Shown one piece after another: positions 5,018-15,700 of a stretch of 32,000 nucleotides of DNA. The notes under the pieces were generated by a model that did no database searches, had not been told where the DNA came from, and was given only the letters and a program-made list of their open reading frames with translations. Source of the DNA: Cupriavidus necator (GTDB lineage Bacteria > Pseudomonadota > Gammaproteobacteria > Burkholderiales > Burkholderiaceae); assembly GCF_016127575.1 (NCBI RefSeq), contig NZ_CP066018.1, forward strand, positions 1,590,001-1,622,000, given 5' to 3'. Made by a program: the position numbers and the translations under genes. Within the stretch, counting starts at the first letter, position 1, and each line of letters opens with the position of its first letter.

Positions 5018-6697
5018 TCAGGCCACCGATCCTGGCGGTTCGCAGGGGATCCGGATCACGAAGCGCATGGTCGGCCGCCGTTCGGGCGCGCCGTCCGCGG
5101 CCGGGGTATCGCCGGCCGCACCTGGAACCGGCGGCACGTCCTCGATGCGGATGGTGCCCTGGTGCAGCGTCACGATCTCATGGACGATGGCCAGCCCCAG
5201 CCCGGCGCCGCCGCTATGGGCCGCCCGCCCGCCGCCCGGCTCAGGGGCGCGGTCGCCGCGGAAGAAGCGCTTGAAGACTTCCTCGCGCCGCTGCGGCGGG
5301 ATGCCGGGGCCGTTGTCTTCCACCATCACCACCGCCATGCCGCGGTGACCCATGGCCTCGCCGCCGGCGCGCACCGTGATGCGCCCGCCCGCGGGCACGT
5401 ACTTCACCGCGTTGTCGATCAGGTTGGACAGGGCCTCGCGCATCAGCAGCCGGTTGCCGCGCACCACCGCGGGCGCGCTGCCGGTGAAGGTGGGGCCGGG
5501 CAGGATCTCGAAGCCCAGGTCGATGCGTTGCGCCAGCGCCTGCGGCACCCACTCGGCGCCGATCTCGAAGGCCAGCTCGGCCAGGTCGAAGTGTTCCACC
5601 GGCCCGAGACGCTCCAGCGACAGCCCCGGCTCGGCGCGCGCCAGCGACAGCAACTGGTTGGACAGCCGCACCGCGCGGTCGGCGGCGGTCTGCACCTCGC
5701 GCAGCGCATGCCGGGCAACTTCCAGCGAATCGGCTTCCTGGGCCCGGTCGGCATGCAGCTTGACCGCGGTCAGCGGGGTGCGCAGCTGGTGCGCGGCATC
5801 GGCAATGAACTTGCGTTGCGCGTCGAGCGCGTCGCGCAGCCGCGCCAGCAGTGCATTGAGGCCGCGGATCAGCGGCGCCACCTCGGCCGGCACCTGGGTC
5901 TCGTCGAGCGCGGCGAGTGAGCGGGCAGTCTGCCGGTTGAGCTTGTCGGCCAGGATCTGCAGCGGCACCAGCTCTTCCTTGAGCACGTGCGACAGGATCA
6001 GGCTGCCGACCAGCAGCAGCAGGATCAGCGGCACCGACACCGACAGCAGGATCTCGTTGGCGGCGGTCTCGCGCCGGTCCAGCAGCTCCGCCACCTCCAC
6101 CACGATCGGCCCGCGCGCGGGTTTGCCGGCCTCGCTGGTGCCGAGTTCGTCCACCGCGGCGCTGGGCAGCATCACCGGCAGCCGCACCGCGCGCACCTGG
6201 CGTCCGCTGAACCAGGCGTAGAACAGGCGCGCATCGTGCAGCGTGGTCTGGCCGGTGCCGTAGCCCAGCCAGGTGTCCATGCCGCCGATCAGCCCGTCGG
6301 GGCCATGGATGCGCCAGTAGATGCGGTCGGTGCCCTCGGCCTCGACCAGCGTCTGCGCGATCATCGGGATGTCGTGCTCCAGGCGCGGGCCGGCAATGCG
6401 GATCTGCTGGGCGATGTTGTTGGCCACGCCATACAGCGCGCGGTCGAATACCTGCGTGGTGTAGTGCGCCGCCAGCCAGTACGACAGCGAGCCGCTGGTC
6501 AGCACCAGTGCAAACAGCGGCGTGGCCAGAGCGCGCAGCAGGTGCGCGCGCAGGCTGATGTTGGAGCCGGGGCGGGACGCCTGGCGCGTCGCCGCGGGGG
6601 TGTCGCCGGCGGCGGAGGCCGGGGGCACGTTCCGCGTTGCGATGCGGGAGGCCGTGCGCCAGGAAACCCGGGAGGAGGTGCGGGAGCGAGGCCACAT
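5018..6697 (-). CDS. Two-component sensor histidine kinase (TctE/QseC-like), membrane-bound
   Basis: The H-box is DAAHQLRTPLTAV. N/G boxes are present (LIDNAVKY, DNGPGIP, GGAGLGLAIV), along with two predicted TM segments and a periplasmic loop. An in-frame stop at 6704-6706 prevents any start upstream of 6697. A later non-ATG start is possible. Confidence 0.9.
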   Translation of the reverse strand: MWPRSRTSSRVSWRTASRIATRNVPPASAAGDTPAATRQASRPGSNISLRAHLLRALATPLFALVLTSGSLSYWLAAHYTTQVFDRALYGVANNIAQQIRIAGPRLEHDIPMIAQTLVEAEGTDRIYWRIHGPDGLIGGMDTWLGYGTGQTTLHDARLFYAWFSGRQVRAVRLPVMLPSAAVDELGTSEAGKPARGPIVVEVAELLDRRETAANEILLSVSVPLILLLLVGSLILSHVLKEELVPLQILADKLNRQTARSLAALDETQVPAEVAPLIRGLNALLARLRDALDAQRKFIADAAHQLRTPLTAVKLHADRAQEADSLEVARHALREVQTAADRAVRLSNQLLSLARAEPGLSLERLGPVEHFDLAELAFEIGAEWVPQALAQRIDLGFEILPGPTFTGSAPAVVRGNRLLMREALSNLIDNAVKYVPAGGRITVRAGGEAMGHRGMAVVMVEDNGPGIPPQRREEVFKRFFRGDRAPEPGGGRAAHSGGAGLGLAIVHEIVTLHQGTIRIEDVPPVPGAAGDTPAADGAPERRPTMRFVIRIPCEPPGSVA

Positions 6698-6756
6698 TGC
6701 CGGCTAGGCCGAAGGGCAGGGCCGCGTGTCGGATGACCGTGGCGGCCGGAGCGGTT

Positions 6757-7461
6757 TCATTGTCCGGCGCGGATCTGCAGCAGGTAGCCGAAGCCGCGCA
6801 CGGTGACGATCTCGACATCGCTGTCCTCGAGCTTCTTGCGCACGCGGTGCACATAGACCTCGATCGCGGTGTCGCCCACGGTGTCGCCGCCTTCGCCGGC
6901 GGGGTGGGCAAAGGTGGCCAGGTGGTCCTGCAGCTGCGCCTTGCTGACCACGCGGCCCTGGCGCTGCAGCAGCAGTTCCAGCACCGCGAACTCGCGCGGC
7001 GACAGCTCCAGCGGGCGGGCGTCGATAAACATGCGGCGGTCGTTGCCCGACAGCCGCAGGCGCCCCAGGCGCACGTCGCGCTCGGGGGCGGCCTCGCCGT
7101 GCTGGCTGCGGCGCAGCAGCACGCGCACGCGCGCTTCCAGCTCGGGCAGGGCGAACGGTTTGATCAGGTAGTCGTCGGCGCCGGCGTTCAGGCCCGAGAG
7201 CTTGTCTTCCAGCTCGTCGCGCGCGGTCAGGATGATGACCGGGGTGGTGCGGTTGCGGGCGCGGTAGCGCGCCAGCAGGGTCATGCCGTCGATGCCGGGC
7301 AGGCCCAGGTCGAGGATGACCAGGTCGTGCTGCTCGCGCAGCAGGTGTTCGGTGGCATAGACGCCGTCGTGGACGACGCGCATCTGGTGGCCAGCGCGGG
7401 ACAGGCCGGCTTCGACGCCGCTGGCAATCTGGCGGTCGTCCTCGATCAGCAGGATACGCAT
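6757..7461 (-). CDS. OmpR-family response regulator (TctD/QseB-like)
   Basis: MRILLIEDD...DLVILDLGLPGIDG...ADDYLIKPF is a receiver domain. The C-terminal winged-helix region reads TVRGFGYLL. Confidence 0.93.
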   Translation of the reverse strand: MRILLIEDDRQIASGVEAGLSRAGHQMRVVHDGVYATEHLLREQHDLVILDLGLPGIDGMTLLARYRARNRTTPVIILTARDELEDKLSGLNAGADDYLIKPFALPELEARVRVLLRRSQHGEAAPERDVRLGRLRLSGNDRRMFIDARPLELSPREFAVLELLLQRQGRVVSKAQLQDHLATFAHPAGEGGDTVGDTAIEVYVHRVRKKLEDSDVEIVTVRGFGYLLQIRAGQ

Positions 7462-7619
7462 GGCGGCAGCTCGGGCAGGAAGTTGGGCATGGCTGGAGGG
7501 AAGGCCTCTTGGCGCACACGGGAGGTGCGGGCCTGCCGCAGATTGTACTAGGCGCGGGCCTCCGCTTCCTTACGGATTGCCTACAGCGGCCCGATCCGGC
7601 GCTGCCGCCGCGCCCGCGC

Positions 7620-7919
7620 TTAGTCGGTCACCGCGTCGGCGGCGCGCTCGATGAAGTGGGCCAGGTCGATATCGCGCTGGGTCAGGCCGTTGGCATCGTG
7701 CGTGGACAGCGTGATGTCGACCCGGTTGTAGACGTTGAACCATTCCGGGTGGTGGTCGGCCTTCTCGGCCTGGATCGCCACGCGGGTCATGAAGCCGAAG
7801 GCGGCATTGAAGTCATGGAAGGTGAAGCGCTTGAAGATCGCGTCGCGGTCCGGGACGGTGGTCCAGCCGGGCAGGTCTGCCAGCAGCGTGGCACGGGCTT
7901 GCGGGGAAAGCGGAGTCAT
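7620..7919 (-). CDS. phhB: Pterin-4-alpha-carbinolamine dehydratase
   Basis: Diagnostic segments are [47 protein letters not shown]. The start is placed at the internal ATG 7919 (MTPLSPQ..., 99 aa) and not the ORF start at 8003. Confidence 0.88.
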   Translation of the reverse strand: MTPLSPQARATLLADLPGWTTVPDRDAIFKRFTFHDFNAAFGFMTRVAIQAEKADHHPEWFNVYNRVDITLSTHDANGLTQRDIDLAHFIERAADAVTD

Positions 7920-8069
7920 AGGGGGCTCGATCTGGTCGTAACGAAAACGAAGGCCGCAAATCAATGCGGACAGCCGGCCCGCCCGCGCCGTGGCGGCGGG
8001 CATGCCGGCATTGTTTCACAAAGCGGGAAGCGGGGCAGGGCGCCCCGGGTTTGCCGGCAAGGGGCCGGA

Positions 8070-8999
8070 TCAGATGTCTTCGGTATCGGCCCAGCCTTCG
8101 CGGGTGCCGACATTGAGCACCTGGTCGCCCGGGGCCACGTCGCCCGCGCCCAGCGTCGGCTGCGCGCGCAGTTCTTCGTACAGCGGCGCAAAGTCCGGCC
8201 GGGTGGCGTCGAACAGCTGTTCGAAGCTGTCGATCACGAAGTAGGTCTTCTGGAAGGTGTCGATGCGGTAGCGCGTGCGCATGATGCGGCGCACATCGAA
8301 GCCGATCCGGTTGGGGCTGGCCGAATCCAGGCTGTAGATCGACTCGCCCTGGCTCGACAGGATGCCCGCTCCGTAGATGCGCAGGCCCTGCGCGGTGCGG
8401 ATCAGACCGAATTCAACCGTGTACCAGTACAGCCGCGACAGCATGTCCAGCGCGCCCAGCCCGTTCGCCTTCAGGCCGCCCTTGCCGTAGGCCTCCATAT
8501 AGTCGGCAAAGACCGGGTTGATCAGCAGCGGCACATGGCCGAACACGTCGTGGAAGCAGTCCGGCTCCTGCAGGTAGTCCAGCTGCTCGGGCTTGCGCAT
8601 CCACCAGCTGGCCGGGAAGCGGCGGTTGGCCAGGTGCTCGAAGAACACCTGGTCCGGCACCAGGCCGGGCACGGCCACGACCTGCCAGCCGGTGGCGCGC
8701 ATCAGGGTTTCATTGAGCTGGTCGAAATCGGGGACGCGGTCCTTGTCCATGCCCAGCGTGGCCAGGCCCTGCAGGAATTCATCGCTGACACGGCCCTGCA
8801 GCATCGCGGCCTGGCGCTCGTACAGCTTGCGCCAGATGGCGTGGTCGGTGCTGGTGTAGCGGTGCACTGGCTGGGCGATGGTGAAGTCCGGGCGCAGTTC
8901 CTGGCCGGACAGCAGGCCGGCGTCGAACTGTTCCTTGAGCTTGTCGGTCAGGGTGCCCTGGAAGGCGCCGGGGGCTTCGGTGGCCGTGGCGATGGACAT
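8070..8999 (-). CDS. phhA: Phenylalanine 4-hydroxylase
   Basis: The segment PDCFHDVFGHVPLL carries the iron-binding His pair, with typical bacterial PAH sequence throughout. The start ATG 8999 is preceded by AAGGAG (9010-9015 on the minus strand). The ORF extension up to 9140 is rejected. Confidence 0.95.
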   Translation of the reverse strand: MSIATATEAPGAFQGTLTDKLKEQFDAGLLSGQELRPDFTIAQPVHRYTSTDHAIWRKLYERQAAMLQGRVSDEFLQGLATLGMDKDRVPDFDQLNETLMRATGWQVVAVPGLVPDQVFFEHLANRRFPASWWMRKPEQLDYLQEPDCFHDVFGHVPLLINPVFADYMEAYGKGGLKANGLGALDMLSRLYWYTVEFGLIRTAQGLRIYGAGILSSQGESIYSLDSASPNRIGFDVRRIMRTRYRIDTFQKTYFVIDSFEQLFDATRPDFAPLYEELRAQPTLGAGDVAPGDQVLNVGTREGWADTEDI

Positions 9000-9154
9000 A
9001 GGTGCGCGTCTCCTTGTAATGCGTGCTTGCTGCATCGGTGGCAGCATCAATGCGGATTTACTGCGTAGTTTAGACATCCAGGCGCGCAGAAAGGCCGCAA
9101 AATCCGCTTTTATTGGTGTTGTGACGCATATAATGTGCATTATTCAACTGAAGA

Positions 9155-9655
9155 ATGCGGGATTTGTGTATGACTGCCTCCGGCGTCTCCCTGGACCCCT
9201 TCGACCTCGCGCTGCTGGCCGTCCTGCAGGCCGACGGCCGCACCACCCACCAGCAGCTGGCCGAACGCGTGCACCTGTCGCCCAGCCAGGTCGGGCGCCG
9301 GCTGGCGCGGCTGGAAGCCGACGGCGTCATCACCGGCTACCGCGTCAACCTGTCATCGCAGGCGCTGGGCCTGGGGGTGATGGTCTTTATCAGCGTCAAG
9401 CTGGCCCACCATGCCGACACCATCATCGAACGCTTCCGCGAAGAGATCCTGCTGCTGGAAGAGGTGCAGGAGTGCTATTCGGTGGCCGGCGAGGCTGACT
9501 ACCTGATCCGCGTGGTCGTGCCCGACCTGCCCACGCTGGCCGAATTCACCATGAAGCGGCTGATGCGGGTGCCGGGCGTGGAAAGCGTGCGTTCGAACAT
9601 CGTGCTGACCGCGATCAAGTGCGACGGCCCGCTGCCGCTGTCGCACCTGCGCTGA
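9155..9655 (+). CDS. Lrp/AsnC-family transcriptional regulator, divergent from phhA
   Basis: LDPFDLALLAVLQADGRTTHQQLAERVHLSPSQVGRRLARLEADGVI is the HTH_AsnC region, and it is followed by a RAM/AsnC_trans_reg domain. An alternative start lies at 9170. Confidence 0.9.
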   Translation: MRDLCMTASGVSLDPFDLALLAVLQADGRTTHQQLAERVHLSPSQVGRRLARLEADGVITGYRVNLSSQALGLGVMVFISVKLAHHADTIIERFREEILLLEEVQECYSVAGEADYLIRVVVPDLPTLAEFTMKRLMRVPGVESVRSNIVLTAIKCDGPLPLSHLR

Positions 9656-9764
9656 ATCTTTTCCTGCGGCGCGTTGCAGGTTTGCGTGCCGGTCTTGCGC
9701 TCCTGTGGCGTGCGTGTCACCCTCGCCGGGTGCCGCAAACGTGGCGGGAACGGAGGATGGCAGG

Positions 9765-12700
9765 ATGAAGGGAATCGTCGCCCGAGCCGATCGGGGTCTT
9801 GGCAGGATGCCAATGCAATTGCATGCGCGGCGCGCAGTCCTGGCCCTGGTGGCCACGCTTGGAATCCTGGCAGCGGGCGGCGCGCAGGCCGCGCAGGTGA
9901 CGCGCTTCTCCCCTGAAGGCACGGTCGGGCAGGTGCGGCAGGTGGCGATCCGCTTTGACGAGGCCATGGTGCCGATGGGCGACGTCCAGGCCACCGCGCC
10001 CGCGGCGGTTTCCTGCACCGGTGCCGGCACCGGCGGGCAGGCCCGCTGGATCGATGCGAAGAACTGGGTCTATGACTTTGCCAGCGACCTGCCGCCGGGA
10101 GTGCGCTGCACCGTGCGCATGCGCACCGGCCTGCGCAGCGTGGCCGGCACCGCCTATGCCGGCAAGCCGGAGTACCGTTTCGAGACCGGCGGCCCGACGG
10201 TCGTGTCCAGCCGGCCTGCGGGCGGCGAGATCGAGGAAGACCAGGTCTTTGCGCTGCGCTTCAATGGCGCCGCCACCGCGGCCTCGGTGCGCGAGCACGC
10301 CTGGTGCCAGGCGCAGGGGCTGGGCGAGCGCATCCCGGTGCGCTTGCTCGCCGGCAAGGAGCGCGATGCCGTGCTCGACGCCATCCACTGGGAACGCATC
10401 GCCAAGCAGGCGCCCGATGCCGTGCACCTGCTTGCCTGTCAGCAGCGGCTGCCGGCCGCGGCGCGGGTGCAACTGGTGCTGGGCGCGGGCATTGCCACGC
10501 CCTCCGGCGTGGCCACGCGCGACGAGCGCCGCTTTGACTACACCGTGCGCGAACCCTTCACCGCCAGCTTCAGCTGCGAGCGTGAACACGCGCAGTCGCC
10601 GTGCACGCCGCTGCGGCCGATGTCGGTCAGCTTCTCCTCGCCGGTGCCGCGCAAGCTGGCCGAGAGCGTGGTGCTGAAGACGCCGTCCGGCCCGCGCGCG
10701 CCGCAGTTCGATCCCGACCTGGCGCCGGACGCCAGCGTCAGCGCGCTGACCTTTGCCGCGCCGTTCGCGGAGAAGGCCCAGTTCACCATCGAAGTGCCGC
10801 GCAACCTGAAGGACGACAGCGGCCGCACGCTGGCCAATGCCGACCTGTTCCCGCTCAAGGTGGCCACGGCATCGATGCCGCCGCTGGCCAAGTTTGCCGC
10901 GGCGCCGTTTGGCGTGGTGGAACGCTTCGGCGAGCTGCCGCGCGGCAAGGCGCCGGCCGACTACCCGCCGCTGCTGCCGGTGACGCTGCGTAACGTCGAG
11001 GCTGACCTCGCCGTGCGCGGCGTGCAGGCCAGGGCCGGCACCGTGATGAAGCTGCGCGTGGACGACGACACTGCCGTGATGCAGTGGTTTGGCCTGGTGC
11101 GCCGCATGCATGAGGCCAGCTATACCCGGGCCGAGCTCGACGCCGTGCTGGCGGGCCGCTCCCCGTATCGAGTCAACAACCCGCGCAATGCCGTGTCGAT
11201 CGAGACGCGCTCGGTGTCCCTGCTCGAGCGCGCCCCCGGCGTGCAGAAGCTGGCCGTGCCCAAGCCTTCGGGCGATGCGCCGCGGCCGTTCGAGGTGGTG
11301 GGCATCCCGCTGCCGGAACCGGGCTTCCATGTGGTGGAGATCGCCTCGCCGATGCTGGGCGAGTCGCTGCTGGGCAAGCGTGCGCCGATGTACGTGCGCA
11401 CCGCGGCGCTGGTCACCAACCTGGGCGTGCATTTCAAGCTCGGCCGCAGCGCCGGCAATGAAGACGATGGCAGCCGCAGCGGGCTGGCCTGGGTCACCGC
11501 ACTGGACGACGGCAAGCCGGTTGCCGATGCCGCCGTGGCGGTGCGCGACTGCAGCGGCCGCCTGCTGGGCGAAGGGCGTACCGATGCCAGCGGCGTGGTG
11601 CGCTTTGCCAGGCTGGCTGCCGCGCCCGAGGGCGCCTGCGAGCAGAACGGGCTGTCGGGCTATTTCGTCTCGGCCCGCATCGGCGTCGGCCACCCGCAGG
11701 CACGCGGCAAGGCCGACATGGCCTTCGTGATGTCGGACTGGAACCGCGGCATCGAGAGCTGGCGCTTCAATGTGCCGACCGACACCGGCACCGCACCCAC
11801 GGTGCGCGCCCACACCATCTTCGACCGCACGCTGCTGCGCGCCGGCGAGACCGTGTCGATGAAGCACGTGATCCGCGCCGAGACCGCGCAGGGCTTTGCC
11901 CTGCCGCCGGCCAGCCGACCGCTCCCCACGCGCGTGGTGATCCGCCATGAAGGCAGTGGCCAGACCTACGAGCTGCCGCTGCAATGGCGCCAGACCGCGA
12001 CCGGCGGGCGCAGCGCGGAAAGCAGCTTCCAGGTGCCGGCGGCGGCCAAGCTGGGGGTCTACAGCGTCGAGCTGGAAACGCAGAAGGGCGAAGGCGCGCA
12101 GGACAATGGCGGTGCGCGCGGCTACACCAGTGGCAGTTTCCGGGTCGAGGCATTCCGCTTGCCGGTGCTGGCCGGCACGCTACAGGTGGCAGGCAAGGCG
12201 GGGCCCATGGTGGCGCCTGCCGAACTGCCGGTCGGCGTGGAGATCCACTACCTCTCCGGCGGCGGTGCGGCCGGGCTGCCCGTGCGCGTGTCCGCGCTGC
12301 TGCGCGACAAGTACGTCAGCTTCCCCGGCTATGACGAGTTCTCGTTCAACCCGCCGCGCGCGCAGCGCGAAAGCGCCAGCGGCGACGAGGAGATGGATGA
12401 GGACGAGCAGGGCGATGCCAGTGCCGACAGCCAGAAGCTGGTTGCCGACAAGCTGCCGGTGACGCTCGACAAGAACGGCAACGGCACCGTCACGCTGCGC
12501 AAGCTGCCCAAGATTGAAGCCCCGCGCGACCTGCTGCTCGAAGCCGGCTTTGCCGACCCCAACGGCGAGATCCAGACGCTGCGCCAGACCGTGCCGGTGT
12601 GGCCGGCGGCGGTGGTGGCCGGCATCCGCACCGATGGCTGGGTCTCGGTCAAGCAGAAGCTGGCCGTGCACGGCGTGGTGCTGGACGTCAACGGCAAGCC

Positions 12701-15700
12701 GGTGGCGGATGCGCCGGTCAAGATCAACGCGCGGGCACGCATCACCACCTCGGCGCGCAAGCGCGTGGTGGGCGGCTTCTACCGCTATGACAACCGCTCC
12801 GAAACGCGCGACCTCGGCACCGTGTGCGAGACCCGCACCGATGCGCAGGGCCGTGCGCGCTGCGACGTGGCGCTGGAGCAGGCCGGCCAGATCGAACTGG
12901 TGGCGAGCGCGCGCGACAAGGACGGGCGCACCGCGCAGGCGGCCTCGACGGTCTGGGTCACGCGCCAGGGCGAGCTCTGGTTCGGCGGCGAGAACCATGA
13001 CCGCATCGACCTGCTGCCGGAGAAGAAGTCCTACGCGCCGGGCGACACCGCCGTGTTCCAGGTGCGCATGCCGTTCCGCCATGCCACCGCGCTGGTGGCG
13101 GTGGAGCGCGAGGGCATCTACCAGACCCAGGTGGTGGAACTGCATGGCAGCGATCCCACCGTGCGCGTGCAGGTGAAGCCGGAGTGGGGGCCCAACGTCT
13201 ACGTGTCGGTGCTGGCCTTGCGCGGGCGCCTGCATGAGGTGCCCTGGTATTCGTTCTTCACCTGGGGCTGGCGCCAGCCGGGCGAGTGGTGGCGCGCGTT
13301 CCGCAGCGAGGGCCGCGAATACGCCGCGCCGACCGCGCTGGTGGACCTGTCCAAGCCGGCCTTCCGGCTGGGGCTCGCCGAGATCCGCGTCGGCAATGCG
13401 GGCCACCGGCTCGACGTTACCGTGACGCCGGACAAGGCCAGCTATCCGGTGCGCGGCAAGGCGCGCGTGGCGATCCAGGTGAAGCTGCCAGAAGGCAAGC
13501 CCGCCGCCAACGGCGAAGTGGCGCTGGCCGCGGTGGACCAGGCCTTGCTGGAACTGATGCCCAACACCAGCTGGGATCTGCTCGATGCGATGCTGCAGCG
13601 GCGCGGCTACGGCGTGGAAACGTCGACCGCGCAGATGGAGATCATCGGGCGCCGCCACTACGGGCGCAAGGCGGTGCCGGCGGGCGGCGGCGGCGGCAAG
13701 AGTCCCACGCGCGAGCTGTTCGACACGCTGCTGGTATGGAACCCGCGCGTGCAGCTCGACGCCGAGGGCCGCGCCAGCATCGAGGTGCCGCTCAACGATT
13801 CGTTGACCAGCTTCCGCATCGTCGCGGTGGCGGACCTCGGCCTCGGCCGCTTCGGCACGGGCAGCGCCACCATCGCCGCCACGCAGGACCTGCAGGTGAT
13901 TTCCGGCCTGCCGCTGCTGGTGCGCGAGGACGACCGCTACCGAGCCATGTTCACGCTGCGCAATACCACCAGGCGCGCAATGACGGTGCAGGCCAGCGCG
14001 CGCGGCACGCTGCTCGGCAATGAGGCCAGCCTGCCGGCGCAGACCGTGCAGATCCCTGCCGGCGAAGCGCGCGAGATCGGCTGGGACGTGACCGCGCCAG
14101 CGTTGCTGGCGTACTCACGCAGCGGCACCGTGATGTGGGAAGTGCAGGCGAGCGAGCAGGGCACGGGGGGCGCGGCCGACCGCATCAAGGTGTCGCAGCA
14201 GATCGTGCCGGCGGTGCCGGTGACAGTGCAGCAGGCCACGCTGGCGCAGGTGTCGCCGTCGCTGTCGGTGCCGCTCAAGGCACCGCCGGGCGCGCTGGCG
14301 GATCCTGCGGGCAAGGTGCGCGGCGGGCTGCAGGTGAACTTCCAGTCGTCGCTGGCGGGCGGCATGCCGGGCGTGCGCGAGTGGTTCCGCAACTACCCGT
14401 TCACCTGCCTGGAGCAGCGCGCATCGAAGGCCATCGGCCTGAACGACACCGCCGCGTGGGACGCGCTGATGACGCAGCTGCCGTCCTACCTCGATGCCAA
14501 CGGGCTGGCCTCGTACTTCCCGCTGAACGCCGACGGCGACTTCGGCAGCGAAGTGCTGACCGCCTACCTGCTGGCGGTCACCGACGAGGCCGCGCGCGCC
14601 GGGCTGGCGCTGCGCATCCCCGACGCGCAGCGCACGCAGATGGAGCGCGGGCTGACCGACTTCGTCGAAGGCCGCATCCGCCGCGACAGCTGGGCCCCGG
14701 TGGCCGGCACGCAGTACCTGGACGCGCGCAAGCTGGCCGCGCTAGAGGCGCTGTCGCGCACCGGCCATGCTCAGGCGCGCATGCTGGGCTCGATCCAGAT
14801 CCTGCCGGCGCAATGGCCGACCTCGGCGCTGCTGGACTGGACCCTGCTGCTCACGCGCATGCAGGACATCCCGCAGCGCGAGCAACGCCTGGCCGAGGCG
14901 CAGCAGCTGCTGCGCTCGCGCCTGACGGTGCAGGGCACGCGCCTGGCGTTCTCCACCGAGCGCAACGACAACTGGTGGTGGATGATGGCCGGCGGCGACA
15001 CCAATGCCGCGCGCCTGCTGGCGCTGGCGTCGGAACTGCCGGGCTGGAAGGAAGAAGCGCCGCAACTGGCCACCGGGCTGCTGGGCCGGCAGGTGCATGG
15101 TGCCTGGGGCACCACCACTGCCAACGCGTGGGGCATGCTGGCGGTGACGCGCTTCTCGCAGGCGTTCGAGAAGACACCGGTGGCGGGCACCACGCGGGCG
15201 AGCGTGAGCAATGCGGCCGACGCCTCGCGCAGTTTCGACTGGGCGCGCGCGCAGCGCACCGACGGCGTGGCCCAGGGCAGCCTCGACCTGCCGTGGCCGA
15301 CCGGCGCCGACGGCGGCACGCTGCAGGTGGAGCACGCCGGCGCCGGCCATCCGTGGGCCACGGTGCGGGCGCTGGCGGCGGTGCCGGTGACCGCGCCGCT
15401 GGCCGCGGGCTACCGCATCAGGCGCACCGTGACGCCGCAGGAGCAGGCGGTGCAGGGCAAGTGGTCGCGCGGCGATGTGTACCGCGTCAAGCTGGAGATC
15501 GATGCGCAGGCCGACATGACCTGGGTGGTGGTCAGCGATCCGGTGCCTGCCGGCGCCACCATCCTCGGCAGCGGCCTGGGCCGTGACTCCACGATCGCCA
15601 CGCGCGGCGAGCGGCGCAAGGGCGCGGCCTGGCCGGCCTACACCGAGCGCACGCCGCAGGCCTACCGCGAGTACTTCGGCTACCTGCCCAAGGGCACGGT

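Noticed and set aside
9039-9053. Sigma-54-like element TGGCAGC-N4-ATGC upstream of the Lrp gene
   Set aside because: The GG and GC spacing fits, but the flanking consensus is poor. It points toward the regulator gene and not toward phhA. No enhancer-binding-protein gene is nearby, and no TGGCA motif exists on the phhA strand.
9717-11984. 755-aa minus-strand ORF, plus other long ORFs overlapping the macroglobulin (12180-13658 minus, 14135-15586 plus, 14742-15863 minus, 15680-16852 minus)
   Set aside because: All are off-frame or antisense to the macroglobulin, YhhN or PbpC genes, have Arg/Ala/Gly/Pro-dominated composition, and show no recognisable motifs.
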